This document shows positions 1 through 12,649 of a stretch of 64,000 nt of DNA, one piece after another. The stretch is from positions 192,423,729 through 192,487,728 of the forward strand of contig NC_068981.1 of the NCBI RefSeq assembly GCF_001194135.2, given 5' to 3'. A program made the translations under genes and the position numbers. The notes under the pieces are model-generated. The model was not told the origin of the DNA and ran no database searches. It was given only the letters and a program-made list of their open reading frames with translations. Each line of letters starts with the position of its first letter. Within the stretch, counting starts at the first letter, position 1. The stretch comes from Octopus bimaculoides. Lineage: Eukaryota.

Positions 1-739
1 CATGGTGTAGCTGTTCAAATGTAAGACTACTTTCTGATAATGTATTGACTTTTTTTTTTTTTTTTAAAACATTTCCTTTTTTTTCACTCTTAATTTCCAT
101 GGCCATAGCTTTTTATCTATAAAAATGTGTTTGTCTGGAAGTATTTCCTCATTTTCTGCCCCCTCCCATTCTTCATTATTATTATTACTACTATTACTAC
201 AGTTGGTTTAAAAACCAGTTTAAGATGAAACAAAAATCAACTGATTTCTTTTATAAAATGTCATCATGCCTGGCGATAAATTGTATTTTCGTTCTGATAA
301 AAATTATGTGGTTTAGATATTGTCGTCATGCTAGCTTTTTGGCTGGTTTACAAACTTAACTGTTTTTGTATCTTTTCATTTTAAAACTCAAGTTAAAACT
401 GACTTGATTGCATTAAAAATTTTTTTTTTTTGCTTAGTTTCTAAATGTTCACCTCATGCAATAAAAACACTTAAAATAACTATATAAAAACAATTCCCCT
501 TGTAGTTTTGACTTCTGAAATATATAATGAAAAATATTTCGATCATAATCATTCTAGAAGTTGGTCTCTCTAAATGTATTAAATTTTAATAGTTGGGTTG
601 GTTAACTGTAAATTTGTTGTGTTGGGAAACCATATTGAACGTCATTGATTTTTAGTTTCAGCCAGTCTCTGTTGTAGTTAAAAAAGATATTTGATGATGA
701 TGATGGTTTCTATATCTTTTTTTTTCTTTGCTGTCATTA

Positions 740-2000
740 TTCCACAAGGAGTAGTGTCGACTACAACATGAACTATGAACAAAACCGACATCATCCTTCT
801 ACCGCCTCCCTACTAAATTTAAAAAACCCCTCTTCTGTCTAGATTTACTTGAGATGACAATATTTCTGTCTTGTGTTTTAGGGCGGAGTCAACTCAGACC
901 CGGGGCATGTTCCAGGTTCCTGTTGATTGCTGCCGTTTTGTTGCTGCTTTTTTTGATGCCTCATTGCATCTGCAGTTGGAAGTGTAACCTCATTTGGTGG
1001 TATCAATTTAATATAAGTCTTCAGTTTTTGATTACTAAAAAACCGATTACAGTTTAGAATCGACTAGACAAACTTTGACGAGGGTACCCCCTGTCTCTTA
1101 TTGTCAGACCATCCTTTCTGTTCTCAAGCAGTTTTACTGTAAAGGGACTTTCCATATTTTGGGCTATTTTCAAGAATCCAACGACATAATTGACAACCCT
1201 GCCTCATGCTTCCATCCCCCTCTCCCTCCCCCTCTGCTTCAAATTAGTTCTTGACTTTAGTATACAGTTCTGAGAATGATAATGATAATAAATCTGCCAA
1301 TATACCCTGCTGCCGGTGTGGCCGTCCCTAATTCACCTACCCAGCCTACTTATATCACTGTTATTGTTTTTGCTTATCCTGTTTCCTAATTTAAATTCCT
1401 AAATGTTTCTAAAGCATATTTTTAAATCTAAATTTTAAATTAAATGTTGTAATTTGTAAATGACCTCCGAGTCATAAATCTGTTTAACCCTGTGACTAGG
1501 GTCAATTTAATATTGTTTCTTTACCAAATTTGTATGCAACTGTGAAGACCGTTAAAATTATTATCATGGGTGGTGTGGTCTATGCTGCAGGGGTATTTGC
1601 TGGTTGGCTGCGGTGCTGTTGTTGGTTGCCGTGTAGCTGGTCTGTAGCTGGTCACTGGCAGTGCTGATGCTGCTGGTCTTGTAGCAGGTCGGTGAGGAGG
1701 AGGAGGAGGAGAGGAGGTGTCTGCTGTTCCTTACACAGCAGCAACTACACAATCTGGCTGCTCTCACTTGCACCAGTCTCCTGTGTGGCTGCAGAGCTCC
1801 CAATTATTGTAATGCTGTTGGGCTGAGATAGCTGTGCCGCTGCTGCTGCTGTGCCGCTGTACCCCGCTCTCAGAATGATTTTAAACCCGTGTTGCTGCTG
1901 TTGCTTGGGTCAAAACAACCCGTTGCTGTGCTTCAGTCATTTTGATCCTTATTTCATAGGTATGTATTGCAGAATTTCTTTTTCCCTTCAATGCAGGTCT
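740..2000 (-). mobile_element. Possible decayed non-LTR element ORF1 region (GC-richer, CAG/CTG-rich)
   Basis: Composition shift with low-complexity Ala/Gln/Thr frames broken by stops; no splice structure; family not recognised with certainty. Confidence 0.25.
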
Positions 2001-3435
2001 TTAAAAAAAGGTCACTGGACTGACCTCTCTTACTGAGTGTCAGACCTCTCATTAGCATGCTTTATTTTCTCATATTGTTAACAACCATTCCTCATGCACT
2101 GCAATTTATCTGCGGGTGCTGCTAAACCATGGCATAGGGTTTGTCTCTTTATGAGATGAATTCTGCACAGGTTTGTGTGCTAAACCTGTTGTTGCTGTTC
2201 TGGTTGACCTTGTCAAACGTGTAAAACTAATTTTTGCTGAAATCATCACAAATTACTGCCATCTTGTGGTTTTCTAGTCAAATAAGATTGTGACAATTTT
2301 TGCAACTACAAAATCTGAAATGTAATCTGTAGAAGGCAGATGACATAAAAACAGTTATTTTAACTGTTTAAATATATATTAATCTCAACATGTGATGTGG
2401 CTGGAAAATGACTGTCTAACAGGTAAGTCTTGTCCTACCTGATCCTGATGAAGAGAAACAACTGTAGAGTCTGGTTTACCATCAACTGTAATTTCTTCAT
2501 AAAATACATTTTAACATACTGGTGTTTAGTTTTATTTATGCCATTCTAACACTTAAACACCATTAAGGTCATTTTTATTAACGGCTTTTCATTTTTAACT
2601 TTTGTTTATTGCAGTTTAGGGGATTGGTGTTAAAATGAAACGTTTGGGTGCTCTGGAAATTACCTCGAAATTTTGCTGGAGCTTTAATGTGTATAAACCT
2701 TTGCTGCTGGGGCTGTCACTGCTTTTGAAGTTCAATAATCACTGAGGCAGAATGAAAATGAGTTTCTTGCTTCGATTTTAGGGATTCCAGAACCAATTGT
2801 AGTGTTCTTTTTTTTAAAATTTTTTTTTCTTTCCAACTAGATAGTTGTTTTAATTTTTAGGTTTTGTTCCTGGGAGCCTCTAAATAGCATGACTTGTTTG
2901 TAGAATCTCGGAAATACAAGAAGCTTATTCACTGAAATATGGTTTCATAGCAATATTTTTTACATAAACCATTTAGTTAAATATTTATTAATGTTCTAAA
3001 TCATTGCATTTGAATTTTAGGTATAATGCAGTGGGAAACGATATTTCAACTAAGCAATTATTATGGTCAGATGCATAGAATAGGGGATTGGTTGATATGG
3101 AAAATAATGCGTTTGGAGCTATTTTAGGCTGGAAAAATGTTTAAAAAAAAAAAAAATTGCAAAAGTTAATGATGACAACACTGATAACAGATTTGAAGCT
3201 TGAATACGTTTGTGTGATGCAGAATAACTTGAAATAGAATTTCCGTTTATACAAATTGAATTTGTGGAATAATATATTCCTCATTCCATCATTTGCTCTG
3301 TGTTATTGTTGCATCCATCTCCCTTCAATTGCAGGATATTTAAAATCAACACAATGTGTGTGTTCATATTTTTGTCAGTTAAATCCTGCATGCATCCACA
3401 AGCGCCTATATTATAAGTGCAAATGAAACACTTAC

Positions 3436-3588
3436 AGATATAACAGCTGAGGTAAACTGCTTCAAATGAGAGGGCTTTATATTGTGGATTGCATTTGATG
3501 GCATGGCTGGTAGTGTTACGTGCAATCACTGCAGCAATTATGCCAGAGTTGTAAAGAAGTGATGATGTCAGTGTGACATATAATGGTA
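3436..3588 (-). other. Candidate internal exon of an unidentified minus-strand gene
   Basis: tttttatag acceptor, T|gtaagt donor, 153 nt, phase 1-1, only one open frame (PLYVTLTSSLLYNSGIIAAVIARNTTSHAIKCNPQYKALSFEAVYLSCYI). No homolog recognised. Confidence 0.3.
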
Positions 3589-6500
3589 CTATAAAAATTG
3601 GTTTATTGTGTGTGGTTACTTCTATTTTTTTCTTTTGTTACTGTTGTTACCACCATTACCTTTGTATCTTATATTGATACTGTTTACAATCTGAAATAAA
3701 CTTTATGGTAACCTGACAAAACATTGAAAAATTAGTTTTCATGAAGGATGCACTGTTATAAGAATAATACTTCAGGAATTAATGTGAAGGTAAAATATGA
3801 TCCAAGGTTCCATGTAAGTATGAAAGGAGAGGATGCTGTGCAGGCTGCAACAGTTGATAACTTTTGTGTCTTAGAGTCTACAATAAAAAAAGAGCATTCA
3901 GTAGCTTTGAAATAGAAATCAGCCATCTGAAATCCAGAATTTTTTTTTTAATTTTCCCTTTTCTGAAACTTACAGAAAGGAGTCCTGTAAACAATATGTT
4001 AAATCATTTAACTATAGATGAAGAGCACGGGTTTTCTTGAAATCAGACAGACATATTTGAACATGATGTATTAAGTATGGTTTCTGGGGAAGAAGAATTT
4101 GATGTTTGGATAAGTACATTAGTTGGGTTTTTTTTTAAATTTTTTTTTTTACTTAAATGTAACCAGTGAGGCTGTGATTTATGGTGAAGGTAATGTAACA
4201 GCTTTTTTCAGTTTAACCAGCTGTGGACTACTGTAAAACCTTGCTGATATGGAGGTGAGCAACCTTTTACTCAAATCTTCCTTGGTTTCTGTAATTATAT
4301 TTTCACTTTATCCAGTCACTTAATTCCACTTGCACCATTACCATAATCACTTTTGGATTACATCTTGGGTTTGGCTGGTTTTACATAAACTTTGATTTAA
4401 CTTTAGTGATTGCTGTACCAACGAAAATGCTATTGTCCAGTAATGCCTAATGCTGAAAGCTTTTTGCAACCACACAGCCTGTCTATTACAACTTCTGCAG
4501 ATAGTGAGAATGATCTTTTGAGAAATTGGAATCAAAGTTACACCTCTGGTTAGAGTGGATAGTTGCATAATTTGGAAGTAAAATCTGTTTCAGACAGATT
4601 GTATCAAAATAGTATAAAAGCGGAGTTTCAAGTTTACCAATGGGAGCATATTGACAGATTTTGTTTTTGAAGCCCTGACTTCACTACATATGAGACAACC
4701 ATACATTGCCACATGTGAGGGTATACTGTGCCAGAAGAAAAGCCACAAAGATATACTCCAACAAAGAATCATTGCCAATTCTGGTTTACTTCAAGGTAAA
4801 TACGTTTTTGTGTGGTTCATCAAGAGAAGGGAAGTTAATTTTTGAGTCACTAATAAATTGGTATTTTGCAAACTTGTGTTGCTTTATTTATTTCAGTCTA
4901 TTTTTGCAAATCACTTACTTTTTAAAAAGTTTTTGTGGTACAATGTAGTAGAAAATGTATTTCTTTAGCAAATTTTTTGCTTTTAAGGTTTAGAAAGGTA
5001 CTGTATGTCTCTAGCATGGATTTATATATAATTAGGTGTCTAGCCTATTGTGGTGCTTGGAGACGGAGATAAACTATTCCTGGATTGTTGAGGCAGCAGC
5101 TGCAGATGACAAATGGAGTTGATGTCCTTGTGAGAAGGGCTGATAGGAAATGGAAGGATTTGTGACCTGGTTGATCCAATTCCATAAGTGTTCTGAATTG
5201 TCCAGCTACTTTTAGTTTTGATTTGGTATTCACTAGAGATTGTCTGTTTCGGGTTGTGCTCAGCTCAAATGCAATCTAGATATTTGCAATGCTAGGTCCA
5301 TGGTCAGAGAAGAGCAGCAGACTATGTACACATAAAGTAATCATCGTCTTGTACTTTGTGTTTTCCAATGCATGGGTTTTGAAAATTGACAAATGGTGGA
5401 GTGGAAGTAATTTTGAGATTTTGTTGCAGGACGAGGTTTTAACATGGGAAACAAAAGTTTGTGGGTTCTCCATTTTTAATTATGTAGTCAAATCTCGACT
5501 GAAAGACACCTTGGGCAAGTTCCTTCAAAAGCCATTGGCTGACCAAAACCTGATGAGTGGATTTACTTGATGGAAGCCAAAAGCTGTTTTGTCCACACCT
5601 TGTCTTGATCTGTGGTAGCTGTAAGCAAATATTGACCAGTATAAAGTCTCTCATCTCTAATCTTACAGAAAAGTATGCTCAGCCATGGGGAAGTGTTGAA
5701 TACAACCTGGTATCATGACCAAGCAAGTCTACTTATACAAAGCAAAACTGGTTTCTGCTGTTCATCAGAGGGAAGAAATAATTACTATATAAGAAATGTT
5801 TGAAAATAGTTTCAAAAAAAAAAAATTTCCATGCTTGACAGTTACTAAAACCTGAAGACTGGATTTGTAATGCTGTTACTGAGACTATGAGCTGGACTAT
5901 AGAATCTATGCAGAGAATCCCTTTCATCTTTATGCAAATGTATCCTAAGGGGTGCTCTGCTGCAATGAGGTCATGGTGAGTTGTCTGCATTGTAACTAGC
6001 AAATCTCTGGCCAAGGTACTTTTAACTTCAGCTTAGATACCAGTTGATTGTAAGGTACATTATGCATTCTGAAGTTTCTCACCTGCTTATGCTATTATGT
6101 TAAAAGTTTGCATACTTGTTTGGCATATTTTTACAAAGGTGTTCTGTACCTGTCACTCAACATGTTAAAAGTAACTAGAACTTTCTGAAACCACATCTTA
6201 AAAAATAAGTTTCAAGAGTGTTATCTTACGCAATATATCTAGAAAGTTAGCTGAAATTACAGCTAAATCCCAAACCTTGACTTGGACTATGTAATACGCT
6301 GTATACTGTTAAAAATTTTTATGGTATTATGCCATCAAATTTTAAGATTTGCAGTTTGCAAATTTTCATCATAGTTCCTTCATCTCTAACTACAGTGAAT
6401 TTAGATGTGGTTGACAAATGAGCACATCTTACAAGAAGACAGGTGACCATGATTCCTTAAAATAGTGGGGTCAAATATTTTGAGGTAAGGTTTTGAATGC

Positions 6501-8756
6501 AAAATGCCTTTCATTAAGCCTAATAAATTGAGAGATAATAAAATAGTTGCTTATGAGGCCATCTTTGTGTTCAGAACTGGTTCATGTTATTTAGTATTTC
6601 CTAATGTGCAAAAAACAATCTTACCTAATTTCCTAACAACTATCCATATGGTCATTTGTATTCATGTAATAAGGTGGTGTTTATAGGGGAATAGCTATAA
6701 CAATTGAAAATGATAGCAAAATTGTCCATACTTAATGACTCAGCTTGATTGAACATGAAGTGTGTGAAGCAAAACCATTTGGTGGATCAGGGGAGTTAAA
6801 TTTGGAAAAATCGACTGCATTGTTCAATCTGAAATGACTAATGTGAAATATTCATTGGAAGTTTGAATCTGTCATATGTAAAGTTGACAAATAGTTATGA
6901 AGCAACAAGTTGACATTGCATTATATTACAATTTTGGTGCTTTATTGAAAAGCATGCAAGACAACGAAAGTTTTAGGAAAATAAAAAGAAACGAGTGGAA
7001 ATTTTACTGGTGAGTATTAAGGCACAAAGAGAAAATGACTCCCAAGATGTAGGGAGTAGTAAAGTTCAGAATCGGAAATCTTTGGCAACATTGAGAAACG
7101 TATAAACTACATTTCTTTCTATTGGTATTTTCAGGTGCAACTAAAGTTACTTTTGGTCAGTTATAAATTCATGGTTGCAGGAAAAGACAGACTAGATAGA
7201 AGTATGTGCATGTGGTGAATGACGACTTGAACAGTTAGCTTGAAGCAGCAAAATAGTATTAGACAGTAGGGACTGCTCATGGTTAGAAACTGACAAGTGA
7301 CTTCATGCCAACATAAGTTATGTCCTTGTTTAAGGATGGGGGTAGCATATACCGGGTGGGCCAAATCAAAATGTTCTTATTCCTCAAATTTTTCCAGGTG
7401 ACATGAAAAAACATTTGAGCAAGGTTGTTACCAGTGCCGCTGGACTGGCTCCTGTGCAGGTGGCACGTAAAATACACCATTTTGAGCATGGCCGGTGCCA
7501 GTACTGCCTGACAGGCCCTCGTGCTGGTGGCATGTATAAACACCCACTACACTCTCGGAGTGGTTGGTGTTAGGAAGGGCATCCAGCTGTAGAAACTCTG
7601 CCAGATCAGATTGGAGCCTTGTTCGCCAGTCCTCACTCAAATTGTCCAACCCATGCTAGAATGGAAGACAGACGTTAAATGACGATGATGAACACTGACA
7701 AGTTACAATCTGCATCAATTTCAATAAAAGCTGAGGTGAATTCTTAATTTGTTTACTGTGTGATATTTGGTATGGATATAATGTGTGGACTTTTTGGGAC
7801 TTCACAAATGTTAGTGACTCGTATCTCATTTTCTTCACTCATTGACATCCAAATTTCAATGCATTAATCAATGAATCTTCAAATTTATCTTGGTGTTGGT
7901 GAAGTGGCAAATGCTTCTCTCCATGCTGTATGCACCTGCTCTGCATTTTCAATCTTCCAATACTGCTTTAGAATCAACTTTCTTGACTCTACAGTACCTG
8001 TAAAAAAATGAGTTAATTTAAACAGTGTATACCTACTTTTGGCTCACCCTGTATATAGACCAAGAATGGGGCTCTGAAAGTAATACAACCAAGGTATGGG
8101 CAGATTTTAGGATTAGTAGCACATATCTCCAAGGTATTAGTGATGTAATGTTTTGTTTGGGATTCTGTACAAATGAAACTAAGTTGTAATATATAAGAAT
8201 ATATTCATTAAACTTGAACATTTTGTATACTTTTTGATTTTTACAAAACTGCTTAAAAATACATGGTAGTCTTATAAATCAGGATAATAAAAACAAAATA
8301 AGGAATAGTTTCTTAAATTTTATTATTTGCCATATTAACGAATGGTATCTTTAAGTCAGAACAATTTTAAATATTAGTGATTCTATAGAAATATTTTAAA
8401 TGGAAGCAGCTTTACTCCTGACATTTGCTGGTCCTCCACGTAGATATAGTTGCATTCTTGAACAGTTACAAAGCAGGAATGTTTGGATAAAGTCTCTAGT
8501 ACCAGGTTTGGGGTGGTAAATAGAAGGGTCTGGGAGGGGGTGGCATGATATCAACCAACTCCATGCAGCAGTTAGCTACTGTAGAAATAATAGGTGTCTT
8601 AGCCAGAGGATGGGGAACAACTTGCATGAAAATCAAGAGGTGTTCATTTTGTTTGTATGTAAGACAGTTGTATTTATTCAAAAATAAAATTCCATTGTGG
8701 GTTTTCAGCTTTGTATAAAGTGGGTCACTGACAAAGGCTGAAGTATTTTTTATCAA

Positions 8757-10897
8757 GAGGAGATGCCACTATGAAAGATTGCTCAATAAAGACAATGAAT
8801 GGGAGAAAAAGAGTCTGCTGAATGTTGACCCAACAGAGGGACCAGCTATCCGAGTTGACAGTAGATAATGCAATTAAGAGTATGAAAACAAGGAAAGTCC
8901 CCAGCCCGTCAGGAATCACTTTAGAGATGTTCAAAATATGTGGCAGTGTCGGCTATAGCCTAGTCACCCGTATTATTAACCAGGTGATTACACGAAGGGG
9001 TCATACCCAATGACTGGTGTAGCAGCACCATAGTCAACTGCTACAAAGGTAACGGTGACTCTTTAGATACAAATAATTACAGAGGTATCAAGCTGTTAGA
9101 TCAGGTAATGAAATTCATGGAGAGGGTCATAGCCTAACTAATTAGGGAGCGAATCAATTTAGATGAGATGCAGTTTGGGTTCGTGCCAGGTAAAAGCACC
9201 ACTGATGCCATATTTCTAGTAAGACAGTTGCAGGAGAAATACCTAGCCAAGGATAAACCTCTGTACCTGGCTTTCGTTGATATGGAGAAAGCCTTTGACA
9301 GGGTCCCCCGATCCCTTATCTGGTGGTCAATGAGGAAACTTGGGATAGAAGAATGGTTAGTGAGAGCTGTGCGAGCCATGTACAGAGAAGCTGTCAGTAA
9401 GGTGAGGGTTAGCAATGANNNNNNNNNNNNNNNNNNNNNNNNNNNNNNNNNNNNNNNNNNNNNNNNNNNNNNNNNNNNNNNNNNNNNNNNNNNNNNNNNN
9501 NNNNNNNNNNNNNNNNNNNNNNNNNNNNNNNNNNNNNNNNNNNNNNNNNNNNNNNNNNNNNNNNNNNNNNNNNNNNNNNNNNNNNNNNNNNNNNNNNNNN
9601 NNNNNNNNNNNNNNNNNNNNNNNNNNNNNNNNNNNNNNNNNNNNNNNNNNNNNNNNNNNNNNNNNNNNNNNNNNNNNNNNNNNNNNNNNNNNNNNNNNNN
9701 NNNNNNNNNNNNNNNNNNNNNNNNNNNNNNNNNNNNNNNNNNNNNNNNNNNNNNNNNNNNNNNNNNNNNNNNNNNNNNNNNNNNNNNNNNNNNNNNNNNN
9801 NNNNNNNNNNNNNNNNNNNTTCCAGGCAGAAAAACTAGACGTAGTTGATAGCTTCCGCTATCTAGGTGACCAAGTTAGTTGTGGGGGAGGGTGCACTGAA
9901 AGTGTAGCTGCTAGAATAAGAATAGCCTGGGCAAAGTTCAGAGAGCTCTTACCTCTGCTGGTGACAAAGGGTCTCTCTCTCAGAGTAAAAGGCAGACTGT
10001 ATGAACAGCCATGCTACATGGCAGTGAAACATGGGCCATAACTGCTGAGGACATGCGTAAGAGCGCAAGGAATGAAGCCAGTATGCTCCGATGGATGTGT
10101 AATGTCAGTGTGCATACTCGACAGAGTGTAAGTACCTTGAGAGAAAAGTTGAAGCATCAGTTGTGGTGTGCAAGAGAGTCGATTGAGCTGGTATGGTCAT
10201 GTAGCGAGAATGGATGAGGATAGCTGTGTGAAAAGTGCCACACCCTAGCGGTTGAGGGAACCTGTGGAAGAGGCAGGCCCAGGAAGAACTGGGATGAGAT
10301 GGTGAAGCCACGACCTCCGAACATTAGGCGTCACCGAGACAATGACTTCTGACCGAGACCTTTGGAAATATGCAGTATGTGAGAAGACGCGGCAAGCCAA
10401 GTGAGATCAAAATCCAAGGCCTCTGCCAGGGATGTAGCCAGCCCAGTTATGCGTACCTTTCCTCCATTGGACACTAAAACCCTGCTTGCAAAGACCTGTT
10501 GAGACAAGTGAAATTGAAATCGAACTAAATTCAACGATTGGCCCCCATGCCAACGTCTCCTCCATTGGACACTAAACTCTGCTTGCGAAGACTTGTTGGG
10601 GCAAGCGAAAGAGATTGTTGCCAGTGCTGCTGGACTGGCTCCTGTGCAGGTGGCACGTAAAATACACCATTTTGAGCGTGGCCATTGACAATATCACCTG
10701 ACTGGCCTTCGTGCCAGTGGTATGTAAAAGCACCCACTACACTTTGGAGTGGTTGGCGTTAGGAAGGGCATCCAGCTGCAGAAACTCTGCCAAATCAGAT
10801 TGGAGCCTGGTGTAGCCATTTGGTTTCACCAGTCCTCAGTCAAATCGTCCAACCCATGCTAGCATGGAAAGCGGACGTTAAACAATGATGATGATGA
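8757..10897 (+). mobile_element. 5'-truncated, inactivated RTE-clade LINE (RT, 3' UTR, (GAT)n tail)
   Basis: YRGIKLLDQVMK, QFGFVPGKSTTDAIF, AFVDMEKAFDRVP, FRYLGD, RIRIAWAKFRELLPLL; in-frame TAA near 9136 and frameshifts; 401-N gap inside RT; ends cgttaaacaatgatgatgatga. Confidence 0.92.
9419..9819. other. Assembly gap (others: 22097-22105, 47415-47424, 52783-52799, 57806-58406, 58993-59231)
   Basis: N runs. Confidence 0.99.
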
Positions 10898-11999
10898 AGA
10901 AGGCTAGTGTTTGGGATGAAGACTTTTGCTTTGTTGTTGAGGACATGGTATCATCAGTGATTCTGAGGCCTAGCATTGGTAGTGAAGTTGAGGAATTTAG
11001 ATATATGCAAGTCATAACTGGAAGAGGGGAGATGCATTGTTTGAAACTAAAAGAAGAGAACTCAGGACGGCTGTCTTTACTTTGAAGAACCTAGATATGC
11101 TTTCAATATGAGAGTACTGCTTGTGGAGCTGTTATGGTTGATAAATGGAGGATAGGAGGACACTGTAAAGTTGGTAGAGATCATAGGGAAAAACCAGAAG
11201 GATTAGCTGCAGTTTGGGAGGTAGGTGTTTTGGAGTATGTGATGGATGAAGGCAGCTTCAATTTAAATAAGAGTCACACAGGAGTTGCATTGGAGAATAA
11301 AAATTGTTGAAGAACCTTCCATTTCATGGTGCTGGTGGCATGTAAAAAATACCCAGTACACTCTGTAAAGTGGTTGGCATTAAGGACATCCAGCTGAAGT
11401 GAAGAAACAATGGAGCCTGGTGTGACTCCTGTCAAACTGTCTAACCAATGTCAGCATGGAAAATGGATGCTAAATGAATAGGATGAGATTTTTACCAAAC
11501 ATTCATGGTTTATGTCCAGTTTGCAGCAGGTGAATCACCCAGATGGGATAGTGTGTGTTTTGTTTGTATATGAGATGTGATTAGGACATGCCTAAGATGG
11601 GTGGAAGACATTTTGGCATAGATGATTCAATGCTGACTTATTTGACATCAGATGTTTTAATGCATCTCTTGTTCTTTTCCCCCATTCTCTGTCTGTTCAT
11701 ACGAACATATTTTTCTATGTGTCTGAAGAAAGGGAAGTCATCATTATTTAACATCCATTTTCCATGCTGGCATGAGTTGGCAAGCCAGGGAGCTGCACCA
11801 GGCTCTAATTGTCTGTTTTGGCATGGTTTCTATGGCTGGATGCCCTTCCTAATGACAACCACTTTACAGAGTGTACTGGGTGTTTTCATGACACCAACAT
11901 GTGAGCTTTTTACATGGCATCAGCACCCCATCAGTCATAAATGTAACATCTCACTTGCGCCCAATCTGTATATTTACTTGCATGTGCATGTGTTGCTGT

Positions 12000-12640
12000 C
12001 ACTAAAACAGGTTGACTGAGCAGTCAGCCAAGCCAAAATAGCGGTGCCAGTTGTCTCATTCTATAACAAGACAACTTCAAATACCTGTCTGTGATATGTT
12101 AGGAATGAAGAGCATGCATTTCCCCAGGAATCATCATCTGGTCAAGCTTGCTCAGACATTTTAAACCTTATTCACAATCGATCTTGGTCTTGCATTAGTT
12201 GAGGGAAGTCTTCAGGAAGGCATCCAGTGTCTCTGATGAGTTGATCTATATATGCTGTGTTCAGACGACCCACTAAAGCATGGCTAGGCTTTGACATCCA
12301 TAGCAGTTCTTGTTTAGCTCACCAGCATTGTCCTGCAAAGTGCAAGCATGTTTCCCTTATAATGGTGGAAACAAGCAGATCTTCGTACAACTGTTTTTGC
12401 TCATAACATTCAGGTGTCAGTTCCATCTAGCTTGGATTCCAGGTTTTTAGTAAGCATCCAGGTTGTACTCCATATAAAAGGACTGACTCTATTCTTGCAC
12501 AGAAAAAAATTCTCTTAAGGTTGTCTGACATGGTTGATTTCCAGACATCCAGTCTGTTTAGGGCCATCCATGCTTTGGCTGTCTGAGTTTTTACATCCTT
12601 TTCAGTTGAAGCTGTCTCGGGGATAATTCATGTAAAACTG
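12000..12640 (-). mobile_element. Decayed 3' RT/thumb fragment of a second RTE-like LINE family
   Basis: Minus strand reads STEKDVKTQTAKAWMALNRLDVWKST, followed by broken frames. Confidence 0.6.
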
Positions 12641-12649
12641 GTAGAAATC

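Noticed and set aside
1564-2036. Short ORFs rich in Cys/Ser/Gln
   Set aside because: Trinucleotide-type low complexity, no splice support, no recognisable domain.
2440-2475. CTGATGA..GAAAC hammerhead-like words
   Set aside because: Only 3 nt between the core halves (no stem II) and no stem I.
6625-6830. Minus-strand AG..GT-bounded segment
   Set aside because: Stops in all three frames; cannot serve as a coding link between the 7997 and 3588 candidates.
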